From positions 1 through 50,609 of the IMG/VR virus record IMGVR_UViG_3300020042_011508: a DNA stretch of 50,609 bases; one strand, given 5' to 3'. Numbering within the stretch: position 1 is the first letter of the stretch; every line of letters starts with the position of its first letter. The position numbers and the translations under genes were made by a program. Of this stretch, positions 18,917 through 28,851 are shown one piece after another. The notes beneath the pieces are model-generated. The model was not told the origin of the DNA, ran no database searches, and saw nothing but the letters and a program-made list of their open reading frames with translations. The DNA comes from a virus. Its lineage: Duplodnaviria > Caudoviricetes.

Positions 18917-19486
18917 ATGGCTCATAAAGAACAAGTAAATTACATAAATAGGGTTAAAGATAAATTTCCTATGTTTTTTCAAAACCAAAAAGTTTTAGGT
19001 ATAGGTACCTTCAATGTTTGTGGTACTGAAAATGAATTTTTTAGTGATTGTAATTATCAAGGATTAGATTTAGGTCCAGGACCTGGAGTAGATATTGTAT
19101 GTCCTGCTCAAGATTATGATGCACCTGATAATTCATATGATGTTATTATTTCATGTGAATGTTTTGAACATAATCCTTTTTATAAAGAAACAATCCAAAA
19201 TACTTATAGAATATTAAAACCAGGAGGTATGTTCTTATTTACCTGTGCTACAACCGGTAGACCAATTCATGGGACAATTTCTTTAGAAGAAGAAAGTAAA
19301 AAGAAATGGACAAATTGGAAAACAATGCCTAATGTTGTAAAGGAAAATTGGGATAACAATTACTATAAAAATCTTACTGAAGAAGATATTAGAGAATGTA
19401 TTGATATTGATAGTTCATTTAGTAAATATGAATTTGAAGTAGAAACAAACCATTGTGATTTATTTTTCTGGGGATTAAAAAAATAA
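18917..19486 (+). CDS. Class I SAM-dependent methyltransferase
   Basis: KVLGIG, GLDLGPGPGVD, YDVIISCECFEH, RILKPGG. Confidence 0.85.
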   Translation: MAHKEQVNYINRVKDKFPMFFQNQKVLGIGTFNVCGTENEFFSDCNYQGLDLGPGPGVDIVCPAQDYDAPDNSYDVIISCECFEHNPFYKETIQNTYRILKPGGMFLFTCATTGRPIHGTISLEEESKKKWTNWKTMPNVVKENWDNNYYKNLTEEDIRECIDIDSSFSKYEFEVETNHCDLFFWGLKK

Positions 19487-19490
19487 TATA

Positions 19491-20411
19491 ATGAAAAAAA
19501 TAGCTTTAATAAGTAGTTTTTGTGATAATAAAGAAAAAATAAATTTATTATATGATAATGTTTTTATTTTAAAAGAATTAGGAATTGATGTAATGATATT
19601 TACTCCTTTTATATTAACAGAGGAAATTAATAAAATAGCCGATTATATTTTAATATCAAAAGAAAACCCAATATTAGATTGGCCTGAAAAAGCTTTAACC
19701 CAATGGACTAGCATAAAAACAAATGATAACTATTTTAATATGTCGGTTACTACTATTGACTATGGGTTTGCTGCTTTAAATCAAATAAAAAGAATGGCAG
19801 ACTTAGCTTTATCTATGGATTATGATTTATTTTTTCCTATGATTTATGATATTAATATAAACGAATATGTAGAATCAATATTTAAAAATAATAAAAAAAA
19901 TAGTTTTTTTCCTTCTATAAGAGACAGCCATGTATGGTCAATAGGATTACATTTAATATCTTTAGATAGAGAACATTTAACTAGATTTAAAAATTTAATT
20001 ACTAAAGAAAGTTATTTAAAAGATCTTGAAGGAGATGCTTTTACTTGGACATACAAAGCTATAGATTTTGTTCCTGGAGTTCTTGAAAAAGAACCGGTTG
20101 AAGATTTAATTTACTATTTTAAAGATATTAATTTTTTTAATTTTTCTATTATAGAAGAAATAAAATGTTTTATACATAAAGTAGAAAACCAAGATATAAA
20201 ATTTATTTTTTATGATTTTAATGAAATAAAAACTTTTATAATAAAAACTGAAGATTTTACTCAAGAATATAATGTTAAGGAATGGGAAGAAATTAAACTT
20301 CCCTATAAAGAATATATTTCTTTTATCGTAATTTATGAAGAAAAAGAATATGATTTTACTAGTATAATAAATAAAATAAAACATAATATATTTACAAAAA
20401 CAGTAATATGA
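19491..20411 (+). CDS. Hypothetical protein, possibly glycosyltransferase-like
   Basis: 306-aa ORF within the sugar-modification cassette; no unambiguous motif. Confidence 0.5.
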   Translation: MKKIALISSFCDNKEKINLLYDNVFILKELGIDVMIFTPFILTEEINKIADYILISKENPILDWPEKALTQWTSIKTNDNYFNMSVTTIDYGFAALNQIKRMADLALSMDYDLFFPMIYDININEYVESIFKNNKKNSFFPSIRDSHVWSIGLHLISLDREHLTRFKNLITKESYLKDLEGDAFTWTYKAIDFVPGVLEKEPVEDLIYYFKDINFFNFSIIEEIKCFIHKVENQDIKFIFYDFNEIKTFIIKTEDFTQEYNVKEWEEIKLPYKEYISFIVIYEEKEYDFTSIINKIKHNIFTKTVI

Positions 20412-22696
20412 TTAAACCAAAGTTATATATTCATGGTTCTTATATAGGAAATACTGGTTATAATCAACATACTAGAGATTTTTTTAGAGAACTATCTAAA
20501 CAATTACAATTAAAAGTTAGAAATTTTACTGTAGGTAAAACATGGGAAGGTCATAATGAAACTCCTCACAATAAAGAACTTTATATTAACGATGTTGATA
20601 AAAACATTTTATATGAACAAGTACTTTGGAATAGTAAGGGTGGAAGAGATAATTATAAAATTTATTCTAATTCATCTAAAGAATTTACACCTGATTTAAA
20701 TATTGTATTGTGTGAAACTGATCATCACTTATTTTATGATTCTTATAAGGGTCCAAAAATAGCATATAATGTTTGGGAAACAACAAAACAACCAGAAGAT
20801 TTTTTTAATAAGTTAAAAGAATTTGATGAGTTATGGGTTCCATCAAAATGGCAAAGAGATTGTACAATTGCTCAAGGTTATAATCCTGATAAAATTAAAA
20901 TAGTTCCTGAAGGTGTTGATATTAATACATTTTATCCTAAAGAAGAAACCCATGAATTAACATCTGATGGACGTTTTAAATTCTTTTTAGCAGGTAGATG
21001 GGATTATAGAAAATCAACTAAAGAAATTATTGAAACATTCCTTAAAACATTTGATAAAGATGAACCTGTTGATTTAATTGTTTCTATTGACAATCCATTT
21101 TCAGGAGATGATTTAGAAACAACAGAAAATAGATTAAAACATTATGGATTAGAAGATGAGCGAATTAAAATAGTTCACTTTCCTAATAGAGAGGATTATA
21201 TTAAATTACTAAGATCTAGTAATATATTCTTATCTTGTGCTAGATCAGAAGGCTGGAATTTACCTTTAATTGAGGCAATGGCTTGTGGAACACCATCAAT
21301 CTACTCAAATTGTTCAGGTCAATTAGAATTTGCTAAGGGTAGAGGTATTCCTGTAAATATTATTGGAGAAAAATCAGCAAGTGATTCTTCATATAACCAT
21401 TTTAATGGATATGATGGAAATTATTATGAACCCGATTTTAATCATTTATCAGAAAAAATGAAATTTGTTTATGAATTCTATGAACAAGTTAAATCCAAAT
21501 CATTAGAAGAATCAAAAGAAATTCGTAATAATTTTAGTTGGGAAAAAATAGGTGAAATTGGATATAAAACAATAATAGATTTTTATAAAAAAATAAATTC
21601 TAGTAAATATAATAAACAACTTCCTGAAAATAAAATTAAAATAAGTTATTTAGAAGGACCTAAAGTAGAAATTATTGGAGAAAAAAATCAAAAATATTTT
21701 ATAGAATTTTTAGATGAAAATAATAAAATAATCCATAGCGATACTATTAATAATAACATGTGGACTTTATGTTCTAGAAAGTATTATACTAAATGGAAAA
21801 TTAGAGTTGATGGTAAAATTATTGATGAGTTTGATTTAACAAATAAAAGAGTTTTAATTTCAATGGAATCTAAATCAATTGGTGATACAATTGCATGGGC
21901 ACCTTATATTGTTGAATTTTTAAAAAAACATAATTGTAAAGTTATATTTAGTACTTTTTATAATTCTTGGTTTGAGGGCCATGAAAATTATAAAGATATT
22001 GAATTTATCAAACCAGGTGACTTAACAAATTGTGATGTTATTTATAGAATTGGTTGGATGCGTTCAGATAATAATCAATGGGATAAGTTTGATTGTTACC
22101 CAAATTATCCTAACACTCAAGAATTACAAAAAACAGCATCCGATATTTTAGGTTTAGAATTTAAAGAATTAAATTTAGGAATAAATTTTACACCTAAAAA
22201 TAAACCTTATATGGGTAAATATATTATATTAGCACCTGAGTCAACAGCTGGTTGTAAAGAATGGACTTATGATAATTGGGTGTTATTATCAAACTTACTA
22301 AAAGAAAATGGATATACACCAATACTTTTAACAAGTAAAAAATATAACATCAAAAATGTTACAAATGCATATGGTAGGAGTTTAGAGGAAGCGATGAATA
22401 TTTTATACCACGCAGAATTTATGATTGGATTAAGTTCAGGTTTATCTTGGATAAATTGGGCTTTAGGAAAACACACAGTTATGATAAGTGGTTTTACACC
22501 AAAACACCATGAATTCACAACAAATATAACAAGAATACAAAATGAACATTCTTGTAACTCTTGTTGGTCTAATATTAATTTTAAATTTGACCCAGGAAAT
22601 TGGAATTGGTGTCCAATTTGGGAGGGTACTGACAAACAACACATTTGTCAAAAATCAATTTCACCATTAACAGTATTTAATTTATTACCAATATAA
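20408..22696 (+). CDS. Bifunctional glycosyltransferase: N-terminal GT4 (GT-B) plus C-terminal Aah/TibC-like O-heptosyltransferase domain
   Basis: SEGWNLPLIEAMACG GT4 motif; SIGDTIAW, IGLSSGLSW, MISGF and CNSCW...WCP...C Cys cluster as in autotransporter heptosyltransferases. Confidence 0.8.
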   Translation: MIKPKLYIHGSYIGNTGYNQHTRDFFRELSKQLQLKVRNFTVGKTWEGHNETPHNKELYINDVDKNILYEQVLWNSKGGRDNYKIYSNSSKEFTPDLNIVLCETDHHLFYDSYKGPKIAYNVWETTKQPEDFFNKLKEFDELWVPSKWQRDCTIAQGYNPDKIKIVPEGVDINTFYPKEETHELTSDGRFKFFLAGRWDYRKSTKEIIETFLKTFDKDEPVDLIVSIDNPFSGDDLETTENRLKHYGLEDERIKIVHFPNREDYIKLLRSSNIFLSCARSEGWNLPLIEAMACGTPSIYSNCSGQLEFAKGRGIPVNIIGEKSASDSSYNHFNGYDGNYYEPDFNHLSEKMKFVYEFYEQVKSKSLEESKEIRNNFSWEKIGEIGYKTIIDFYKKINSSKYNKQLPENKIKISYLEGPKVEIIGEKNQKYFIEFLDENNKIIHSDTINNNMWTLCSRKYYTKWKIRVDGKIIDEFDLTNKRVLISMESKSIGDTIAWAPYIVEFLKKHNCKVIFSTFYNSWFEGHENYKDIEFIKPGDLTNCDVIYRIGWMRSDNNQWDKFDCYPNYPNTQELQKTASDILGLEFKELNLGINFTPKNKPYMGKYIILAPESTAGCKEWTYDNWVLLSNLLKENGYTPILLTSKKYNIKNVTNAYGRSLEEAMNILYHAEFMIGLSSGLSWINWALGKHTVMISGFTPKHHEFTTNITRIQNEHSCNSCWSNINFKFDPGNWNWCPIWEGTDKQHICQKSISPLTVFNLLPI

Positions 22697-22903
22697 AAAA
22701 TTTAGAAATCTTTAATTGGGGTTGAATAGAAAAATCATCCGATTAGTATTAATACCTAAAACATAAAGATACTAATAAATAATTTAAATACTATACTTTA
22801 ATAACACCAGAATATATATTTAATAAAAAAAATAGATAAGAAACTAAATCTTTAAATATTTATTAATAAATGGCATAAATTAGTAGTAGAATATATAAAA
22901 TAA

Positions 22904-23857
22904 ATGCCACCTTTTAATACAATACCTGGATTAGTCCCTTTAAATATATATAGTGGAAGTACATTACTTACCACTAATGTTAACCTTATCAATTTTACAG
23001 GATCAGGAGTAACAACTACTGTAGGTAATTTTAATAATTTAACTATTACTATGGGTGAAGGAACAACAGTTAATACTGGTTCATTATTAAAAACATCATC
23101 ATTTTCTAATCCTGATTTAACATTTACAAAAGGAGATGGAAGTACATTTAATGTAAATTTATCTACTCTAGTACCTACAAGTGCTTTCCCATTTACAGGT
23201 TCAGCTTTAATAACAGGAAGTCTAACAGTAACAGGATCATTAACAACAAATGATAGTTTTTTATATACTAGTTCAGTATTCCAAACAACTCTAAATACTA
23301 CAGGATTTAAATTAACAAACATAGCAAGTGGTTCTCAAAGTGCATCAATCCAAATATCAGGTAATGGTACTGTAGGTGGTGCTGCATATATAGATTTTTT
23401 AAAAGTAACTAATACAGCGTCAGGTTCTATAGATCCAAATAAATCATTTAGAATAAATAACACAGGTGCTTGGGAAGTAATAAATAGTGCTTATGATACT
23501 ATTATCTTTTCTCTTACAAATGCTGGTGTATTAAACACTCCAGGTGGTGGTGTCTCAGATAGAAGAACTAAAGATAATATTAATTATATTATTGAAGATA
23601 CTACTTATATCATAAATCAATTACAACCAGCAGAGTTTGAATTTAAAAATAATTTAGGAATAAAACGTCGTGGTTTTATAGCTCAAGATGTTTTAGAAAT
23701 AAAATCTGATTTAGTATTAGGTGATGGTAGTAAGGAAAATGGTACTTATGGTTTAGATTATGATGGTATATTAGCTTTAACTGTAAAAGCATTACAAGAA
23801 GCAAATACTAGAATAGATAAATTAGAAAAAACAATAGAAGAGTTAAAGAATAAATAA
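22904..23857 (+). CDS. Tail fibre/spike protein with C-terminal intramolecular chaperone (peptidase S74-like)
   Basis: SDRRTKDNI...GFIAQDV...LDYDGILALTVKALQE followed by a coiled coil. Confidence 0.85.
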   Translation: MPPFNTIPGLVPLNIYSGSTLLTTNVNLINFTGSGVTTTVGNFNNLTITMGEGTTVNTGSLLKTSSFSNPDLTFTKGDGSTFNVNLSTLVPTSAFPFTGSALITGSLTVTGSLTTNDSFLYTSSVFQTTLNTTGFKLTNIASGSQSASIQISGNGTVGGAAYIDFLKVTNTASGSIDPNKSFRINNTGAWEVINSAYDTIIFSLTNAGVLNTPGGGVSDRRTKDNINYIIEDTTYIINQLQPAEFEFKNNLGIKRRGFIAQDVLEIKSDLVLGDGSKENGTYGLDYDGILALTVKALQEANTRIDKLEKTIEELKNK

Positions 23858-23877
23858 ACTTATATATTTATAGATAT

Positions 23878-24723
23878 ATGGCAAACGTCCTATCAAAATC
23901 AAACATTGCAAATAGTAATACTATTGAAGCATGGCAAGTATCACAATCAGTAGATGCTTTTACAGGTATAGCAGCTTATGATATTACAATATCTGGTTCA
24001 TTAATAATAACAGGTTCACAAAAAATATCAGGTTCTATATCATCATCTAATGGTGCTAATACTATAGGTTTTCATGGTACTTCATCTTGGGCAGTATCTG
24101 CTTCTTCTACTGTAAGTGCTTCTTATGCTTTAAGTGCATCATATGCTTTAAGCAGTTCATATGTTTTAAGTAGTTCATATGCTTTAAGCAGTTCATATGC
24201 TTTAAGCTCATCAACATCAATTAGTTCGTCATATGCTCTTTCTGCTTCTTATGCTTTAAGCAGTTCATATGCTCTTAATTCAATAACAGCTTCTTATATT
24301 AATCCTGCTTCTGTAATTCCTTTAAAATTCGCCCCTAGTTATTTACTAGTTAGTAGTGCAACATACCCACCTTCAACCCCTTATAGTATAATAGGAGCCT
24401 CACCAACAAATCTTTACATATCTGCTTCTTCTGTTGTAGGTTTACAATTTACCTCAACTAACGTAACAGATGGACAAATAATTAATTTTAATCCTTTTTG
24501 GGAATTTCCCGATATAACTACAGCTTTAATAGCAATAACAGCATCAGTAAATGTTTATGGTATAAATGGAGGAACTAGTTTAGTATCTCCTGGTATTCCT
24601 AAAACTTTAGATCAAATAGGAGTAGCATCTACTATTAAAAGTTTTACTTTCCAATATATAAACACCCCAGGAATAACTTTCCCAGCAGCAGGTTGGTATT
24701 TAATTAATATAAACCAAAACTAA
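23878..24723 (+). CDS. Fibre-like virion protein with (S-A/S-S-Y-A-L) hexapeptide repeats
   Basis: Repeats at about 24115-24280; ITISGSLIITGS motif; late-type motif at 23864-23872. Confidence 0.7.
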   Translation: MANVLSKSNIANSNTIEAWQVSQSVDAFTGIAAYDITISGSLIITGSQKISGSISSSNGANTIGFHGTSSWAVSASSTVSASYALSASYALSSSYVLSSSYALSSSYALSSSTSISSSYALSASYALSSSYALNSITASYINPASVIPLKFAPSYLLVSSATYPPSTPYSIIGASPTNLYISASSVVGLQFTSTNVTDGQIINFNPFWEFPDITTALIAITASVNVYGINGGTSLVSPGIPKTLDQIGVASTIKSFTFQYINTPGITFPAAGWYLININQN

Positions 24724-24752
24724 TAATATTTACAAACAACAAACAATATAAC

Positions 24753-25004
24753 ATGGAAAAAATAGTTTTAACAACAGACGAGTTACAATCACTTAAGAAT
24801 TTTCAATCAACAAGAAGCCAAATTATCAATGATTTTGGTATTATTGAGTTTCAAATCCAAGAATTAAAAACACAAAAAGAAATGCTTGTAGGAGCATTAG
24901 CTAACTTAAAAGTAGAAGAAAATAAAGTTAGTCAAGAACTACAAGAAAAATATGGAGAAGGAAATATTGATTTAACTAGTGGAGAATTTGTTAGTATAAG
25001 TTAA
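24753..25004 (+). CDS. Small coiled-coil protein upstream of the sheath gene
   Basis: 83-aa ORF ending KYGEGNIDLTSGEF. Confidence 0.7.
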   Translation: MEKIVLTTDELQSLKNFQSTRSQIINDFGIIEFQIQELKTQKEMLVGALANLKVEENKVSQELQEKYGEGNIDLTSGEFVSIS

Positions 25005-25062
25005 TTTTCAAACCTTTCTGTCATATTTATTACAGAATAAAACAAACTAATAAATAAACAAC

Positions 25063-27153
25063 ATGGCAGAAACATTAATATCTCCTGGTGTATTAGCGAT
25101 AGAAAACGATCTATCGTTTATTACCCAGCAACCGGTAACCGTAGGCGCAGCTATCATCGGTCCAACAGTTAAAGGTCCTGTAGAAGTTCCTACAATTGTT
25201 ACTTCTTATAGTGATTATCAAAATAAATTTGGTACTACTTTTTTAAGTGGTAGTCAGGTCTATTCTTACTTTACTTCAATTGCAGCTTATAACTACTTTA
25301 ACAATGGTGGTCAAACACTATTAGTTTCTCGTGTAGTAAGTGGTACTTTTAGTGAAGCAACTACTGTAACAGGAGTTAATGGTACTAATGGTATTATAAA
25401 TTCAACTAGTTTAACAACAGCCTCATTAACTATTAGTAGTGCAAGTTTAGCCCCATTTATTACTCCAACAGGTTCATTTATAGTAAACGGTATTACAATT
25501 AATATAACAGGAAGTACAGTTCCAACAAACACAGCAACTACTATTTTCTTAGCTTCTGGTTCAACACCAGCAAATACAGTTACTGCTATTGTAACAGCAT
25601 TTAATGTTAGTAAATCAATTGCTCCTTATAGTACTACATTACAATATATTACTGCAAGTGCATCAGGTTCAACAGGATTAATTTTTAATTCTACAACAGG
25701 TGTTTCCGGTAAAACTGCTAATTTATATTATGCAACTTCAGGTAGTACTACATCTTTCTTTACTGGTGGTACTGATACTCCTGCTTTAATATTATCTACA
25801 CTTTCAGAAGGTGCTATTATGAATAGTACAGGTAGCGAAGATGCTAGTGGTTCATTAGATAGTGGATCAGCAGATAACATCAGATGGTCAGTATCTAATA
25901 GTGATACTACTGCAGGTACTTTCTCATTAGTAATTAGACAAGGTGATGATAACACAAATAATCAAAGTGTATTAGAAGTTTGGACTAATTTATCAATGGA
26001 TCCTACAGCTCCTAACTTTGTAACTAAAGTAATAGGCGATTCTCAATCAAATTATAATGCTTCAACTAACCAAATTGAAGTATCAGGTTCAACTCCTAAC
26101 TTCTCAAGATACGTAAGAGTAAAATCAATATTAACCCCAACACCATTCTATTTTGATAACACAGGTATTGCAAAATCACAATTTACAGCTTCTATCCCAA
26201 CAAACGGAAGTGGTTCATTTGCTAATGCAGTGGGTGATTTATTTGGTGCTGGTGCTGCTTATTATGATACAATTATAAATGGTAATAACTCACAAGGTAT
26301 TCCAAGTGCTAGTTATGATAATATGATCGATTTATTATCTAATCAAGATGATTATAGATTTAATGTAATAACAGCTCCTGGTTTATTTAACTCATTACAA
26401 GCTTCTCAAACTACAACTATTATCAATAATACTCAAAACAGAGGTGATAATATTTTTATATTAGATTTAGTTCCTTATAATGTAAATGCTATTGCCTCAG
26501 TAACAGCACAATCAAATTCAAGAAATACTTCATATGCTGCTTCATACTGGCCTTGGGTTCAAACAATTGACCCAGATTCTGCTCAACGTGTTTGGGTTCC
26601 AGCTTCAACAATGGTAGCAGGTGTATATGCATACAACGATAACGTAAGTGAGCCTTGGTTTGCACCAGCAGGTATTAATAGAGGTGGTTTATCTACAGTT
26701 ATTAGAGCTGCTCAAAAATTATCACAAACTCAAAGAGATACTTTATATAATAATAAAATTAATCCAATTGCAACCTTTCCAGGAACTGGAGTTGTAGTAT
26801 ACGGACAAAAAACATTACAAACTAAAGCATCTGCATTAGATAGAGTAAACGTAAGAAGATTATTAATTTCATTAAAATCATATATTTCTCAAGTTGCAAA
26901 CAACTTAGTATTTGAACAAAATACAATTGCTACAAGAAACCAATTCTTATCTCAAACAAATCCATATTTAACATCAGTTCAACAAAGACAAGGTTTATAT
27001 GCTTTTAGAGTAATTATGGATGATAGTAATAACACACCAGACGTAATTGATAGAAACCAATTAGTAGGTCAAATTTATTTACAACCAACTAAAACAGCTG
27101 AATTCATTTACTTAAACTTCAACATTTTACCTACAGGAGTAAGTTTCGGTTAA
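25063..27153 (+). CDS. gp18: Tail sheath protein (gp18-like)
   Basis: LISPGV..E.D N-terminus, YWPWV, PWFAPAGINRG, INPIATFPG, GQKTLQ, DRVNVRRLL, PTKTAEFI. Confidence 0.95.
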   Translation: MAETLISPGVLAIENDLSFITQQPVTVGAAIIGPTVKGPVEVPTIVTSYSDYQNKFGTTFLSGSQVYSYFTSIAAYNYFNNGGQTLLVSRVVSGTFSEATTVTGVNGTNGIINSTSLTTASLTISSASLAPFITPTGSFIVNGITINITGSTVPTNTATTIFLASGSTPANTVTAIVTAFNVSKSIAPYSTTLQYITASASGSTGLIFNSTTGVSGKTANLYYATSGSTTSFFTGGTDTPALILSTLSEGAIMNSTGSEDASGSLDSGSADNIRWSVSNSDTTAGTFSLVIRQGDDNTNNQSVLEVWTNLSMDPTAPNFVTKVIGDSQSNYNASTNQIEVSGSTPNFSRYVRVKSILTPTPFYFDNTGIAKSQFTASIPTNGSGSFANAVGDLFGAGAAYYDTIINGNNSQGIPSASYDNMIDLLSNQDDYRFNVITAPGLFNSLQASQTTTIINNTQNRGDNIFILDLVPYNVNAIASVTAQSNSRNTSYAASYWPWVQTIDPDSAQRVWVPASTMVAGVYAYNDNVSEPWFAPAGINRGGLSTVIRAAQKLSQTQRDTLYNNKINPIATFPGTGVVVYGQKTLQTKASALDRVNVRRLLISLKSYISQVANNLVFEQNTIATRNQFLSQTNPYLTSVQQRQGLYAFRVIMDDSNNTPDVIDRNQLVGQIYLQPTKTAEFIYLNFNILPTGVSFG

Positions 27154-27202
27154 TTCTTTAAAAACACAATATTTATAACAAAACAATAAATAACTAAACA
27201 AA

Positions 27203-27691
27203 ATGGCAGTATTAGATCCAAACGAAATATTTTTCACAGCCTTCGAGCCTAAACAACAGAATAGATTTATTATGTATGTTGACGGTATACCTTCGTATAT
27301 AATTAAGGGAGTAAACGCTGTGACACTAACCCAAGAAGCAATTGCTCTTAACCATATAAACGTACAACGTTTCGTTAAAGGTAAATCTAAATGGGGTCCT
27401 ATTCAATTAACATTATTTGATCCGATCACTCCATCAGGAGCTCAGGCAGTAATGGAATGGGTACGTTTACATCACGAATCAGTAACAGGTAGAGATGGTT
27501 ATTCTGACTTCTATAAGAAAGATTTAACAATTGATATTTTAGGTCCAGTAGGTGATATTGTTTCAGAATGGATTATTAAAGGAGCTTTAATTACAGAAGC
27601 TAATTTTGGTGATTACAGCTGGGATAATGAATCTGCAGCCCAAAATATTCAATTAACTGTACAACCAGATTATTGTATCTTAAATTTCTAA
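27203..27691 (+). CDS. gp19: Tail tube protein (gp19-like)
   Basis: Follows the sheath gene; EPKQQNRF, W..I..TL.DPI, YKKD motifs. Confidence 0.88.
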   Translation: MAVLDPNEIFFTAFEPKQQNRFIMYVDGIPSYIIKGVNAVTLTQEAIALNHINVQRFVKGKSKWGPIQLTLFDPITPSGAQAVMEWVRLHHESVTGRDGYSDFYKKDLTIDILGPVGDIVSEWIIKGALITEANFGDYSWDNESAAQNIQLTVQPDYCILNF

Positions 27692-27714
27692 TTAAGAAAA
27701 ATAAATTTAAAGAT

Positions 27715-27744
27715 AGCTCGCAATTTTTGCGAGCTTCTTTTTTT
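27715..27744 (+). terminator. Rho-independent terminator
   Basis: AGCTCGCAA / TTGCGAGCT stem with T-tract. Confidence 0.88.
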
Positions 27745-27788
27745 CTTATATATTTATATAGGACAAAAAGTTATAACAAATAAAAATT

Positions 27789-28526
27789 ATGGAAGAAAAT
27801 AAATTTAGTTTCCCAACAGAAGTTGTGGATTTACCTTCAAAAGGTTTAGTTTACCCCGAAACATCCCCTTTAGCATCTGGAAAAGTTGAAATGAAATATA
27901 TGACAGCTAGAGAAGAAGATATTTTATCAAATCAAGCTTATATTCAAAAAGGTACAGTACTTGATAAGTTATTAGAATCCCTTATAGTAACTAAAGGCGT
28001 AAATGTTAAAGATTTAATTGTAGGTGATAAAAATGCATTATTTGTTGCTGCTCGTGTTTTAGGATATGGTAAAGATTATTCTTTTAATTATGCTGGAGAA
28101 GAAATAACAATTGATTTATCAAAAGTAGAAAATAAACTATTTAATGAAACTCAAATTACTAAAGGTATAAATGAATTTTTATATACTTTACCAAATTCTA
28201 ATAATAAAATTACCTTTAAAATATTAACTGGAAATGATGAAACGAATATTGATAAAGAAATTGAAGGATTAAAGAAAATCAATAAAGATTTCTCACCAGA
28301 ATTATCTACTCGTTTAAAATACATGATAACTTCAGTTGAAGGTAATAGAGATAATAAATCTATAAGAGAATTTGTTGATAATTATTTATTAGCTAAAGAT
28401 TCACGTGCTTTAAGAGAACACATAAAAAAAACACAACCTGATGTTGATTTAACTTTTACAACTGATAGCGGAGTGGAGGTTGCTATCCCAATAGGGATTA
28501 ACTTTTTTTGGCCTGACGCTGGATAA
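27789..28526 (+). CDS. Tail/baseplate hub assembly chaperone (gp26-like)
   Basis: VDLPSKG, MTAREEDIL, FFWP C-terminus; located between tube and tape measure genes. Confidence 0.75.
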   Translation: MEENKFSFPTEVVDLPSKGLVYPETSPLASGKVEMKYMTAREEDILSNQAYIQKGTVLDKLLESLIVTKGVNVKDLIVGDKNALFVAARVLGYGKDYSFNYAGEEITIDLSKVENKLFNETQITKGINEFLYTLPNSNNKITFKILTGNDETNIDKEIEGLKKINKDFSPELSTRLKYMITSVEGNRDNKSIREFVDNYLLAKDSRALREHIKKTQPDVDLTFTTDSGVEVAIPIGINFFWPDAG

Positions 28527-28542
28527 TGCTTCTTTAGTTCGT

Positions 28543-28818
28543 ATGAGTTTGTTTAAACAAATTCACGAAATAGTATTTCATGGAAATGGTGGTTTTGATT
28601 GGAATACAGTTTATAATATGCCTATATGGCTTCGTAAATTTACATTTTCTCAAATCCAAAAACATTATGATAATGAAAAAGAAGTAAATGAAAAAGCACA
28701 AAATAATGGTAAAACAACATTAATGGATTCATCAGGTAATGTTAATAAATCTGAATTTAACAAAACCGCTAAACCTATTACACCACCAACTTATGTTACA
28801 AAGGCATCTAAAAAGTGA
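28543..28818 (+). CDS. Tail assembly chaperone second ORF (gp51-like); may be translated as a frameshift fusion with the upstream gene
   Basis: VYNMPIWLRKF motif; frame open from 28495 across a T7 run. Confidence 0.65.
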   Translation: MSLFKQIHEIVFHGNGGFDWNTVYNMPIWLRKFTFSQIQKHYDNEKEVNEKAQNNGKTTLMDSSGNVNKSEFNKTAKPITPPTYVTKASKK

Positions 28819-28851
28819 TGCCTTTAAATATTTATAATAAATAATAATTAG

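Noticed and set aside
22697-22855. AT-rich intergenic gap with weak hairpins (possible ncRNA or origin)
   Set aside because: Pairings are short and AT-rich, with no iterons or recognisable RNA family; not supportable from sequence alone
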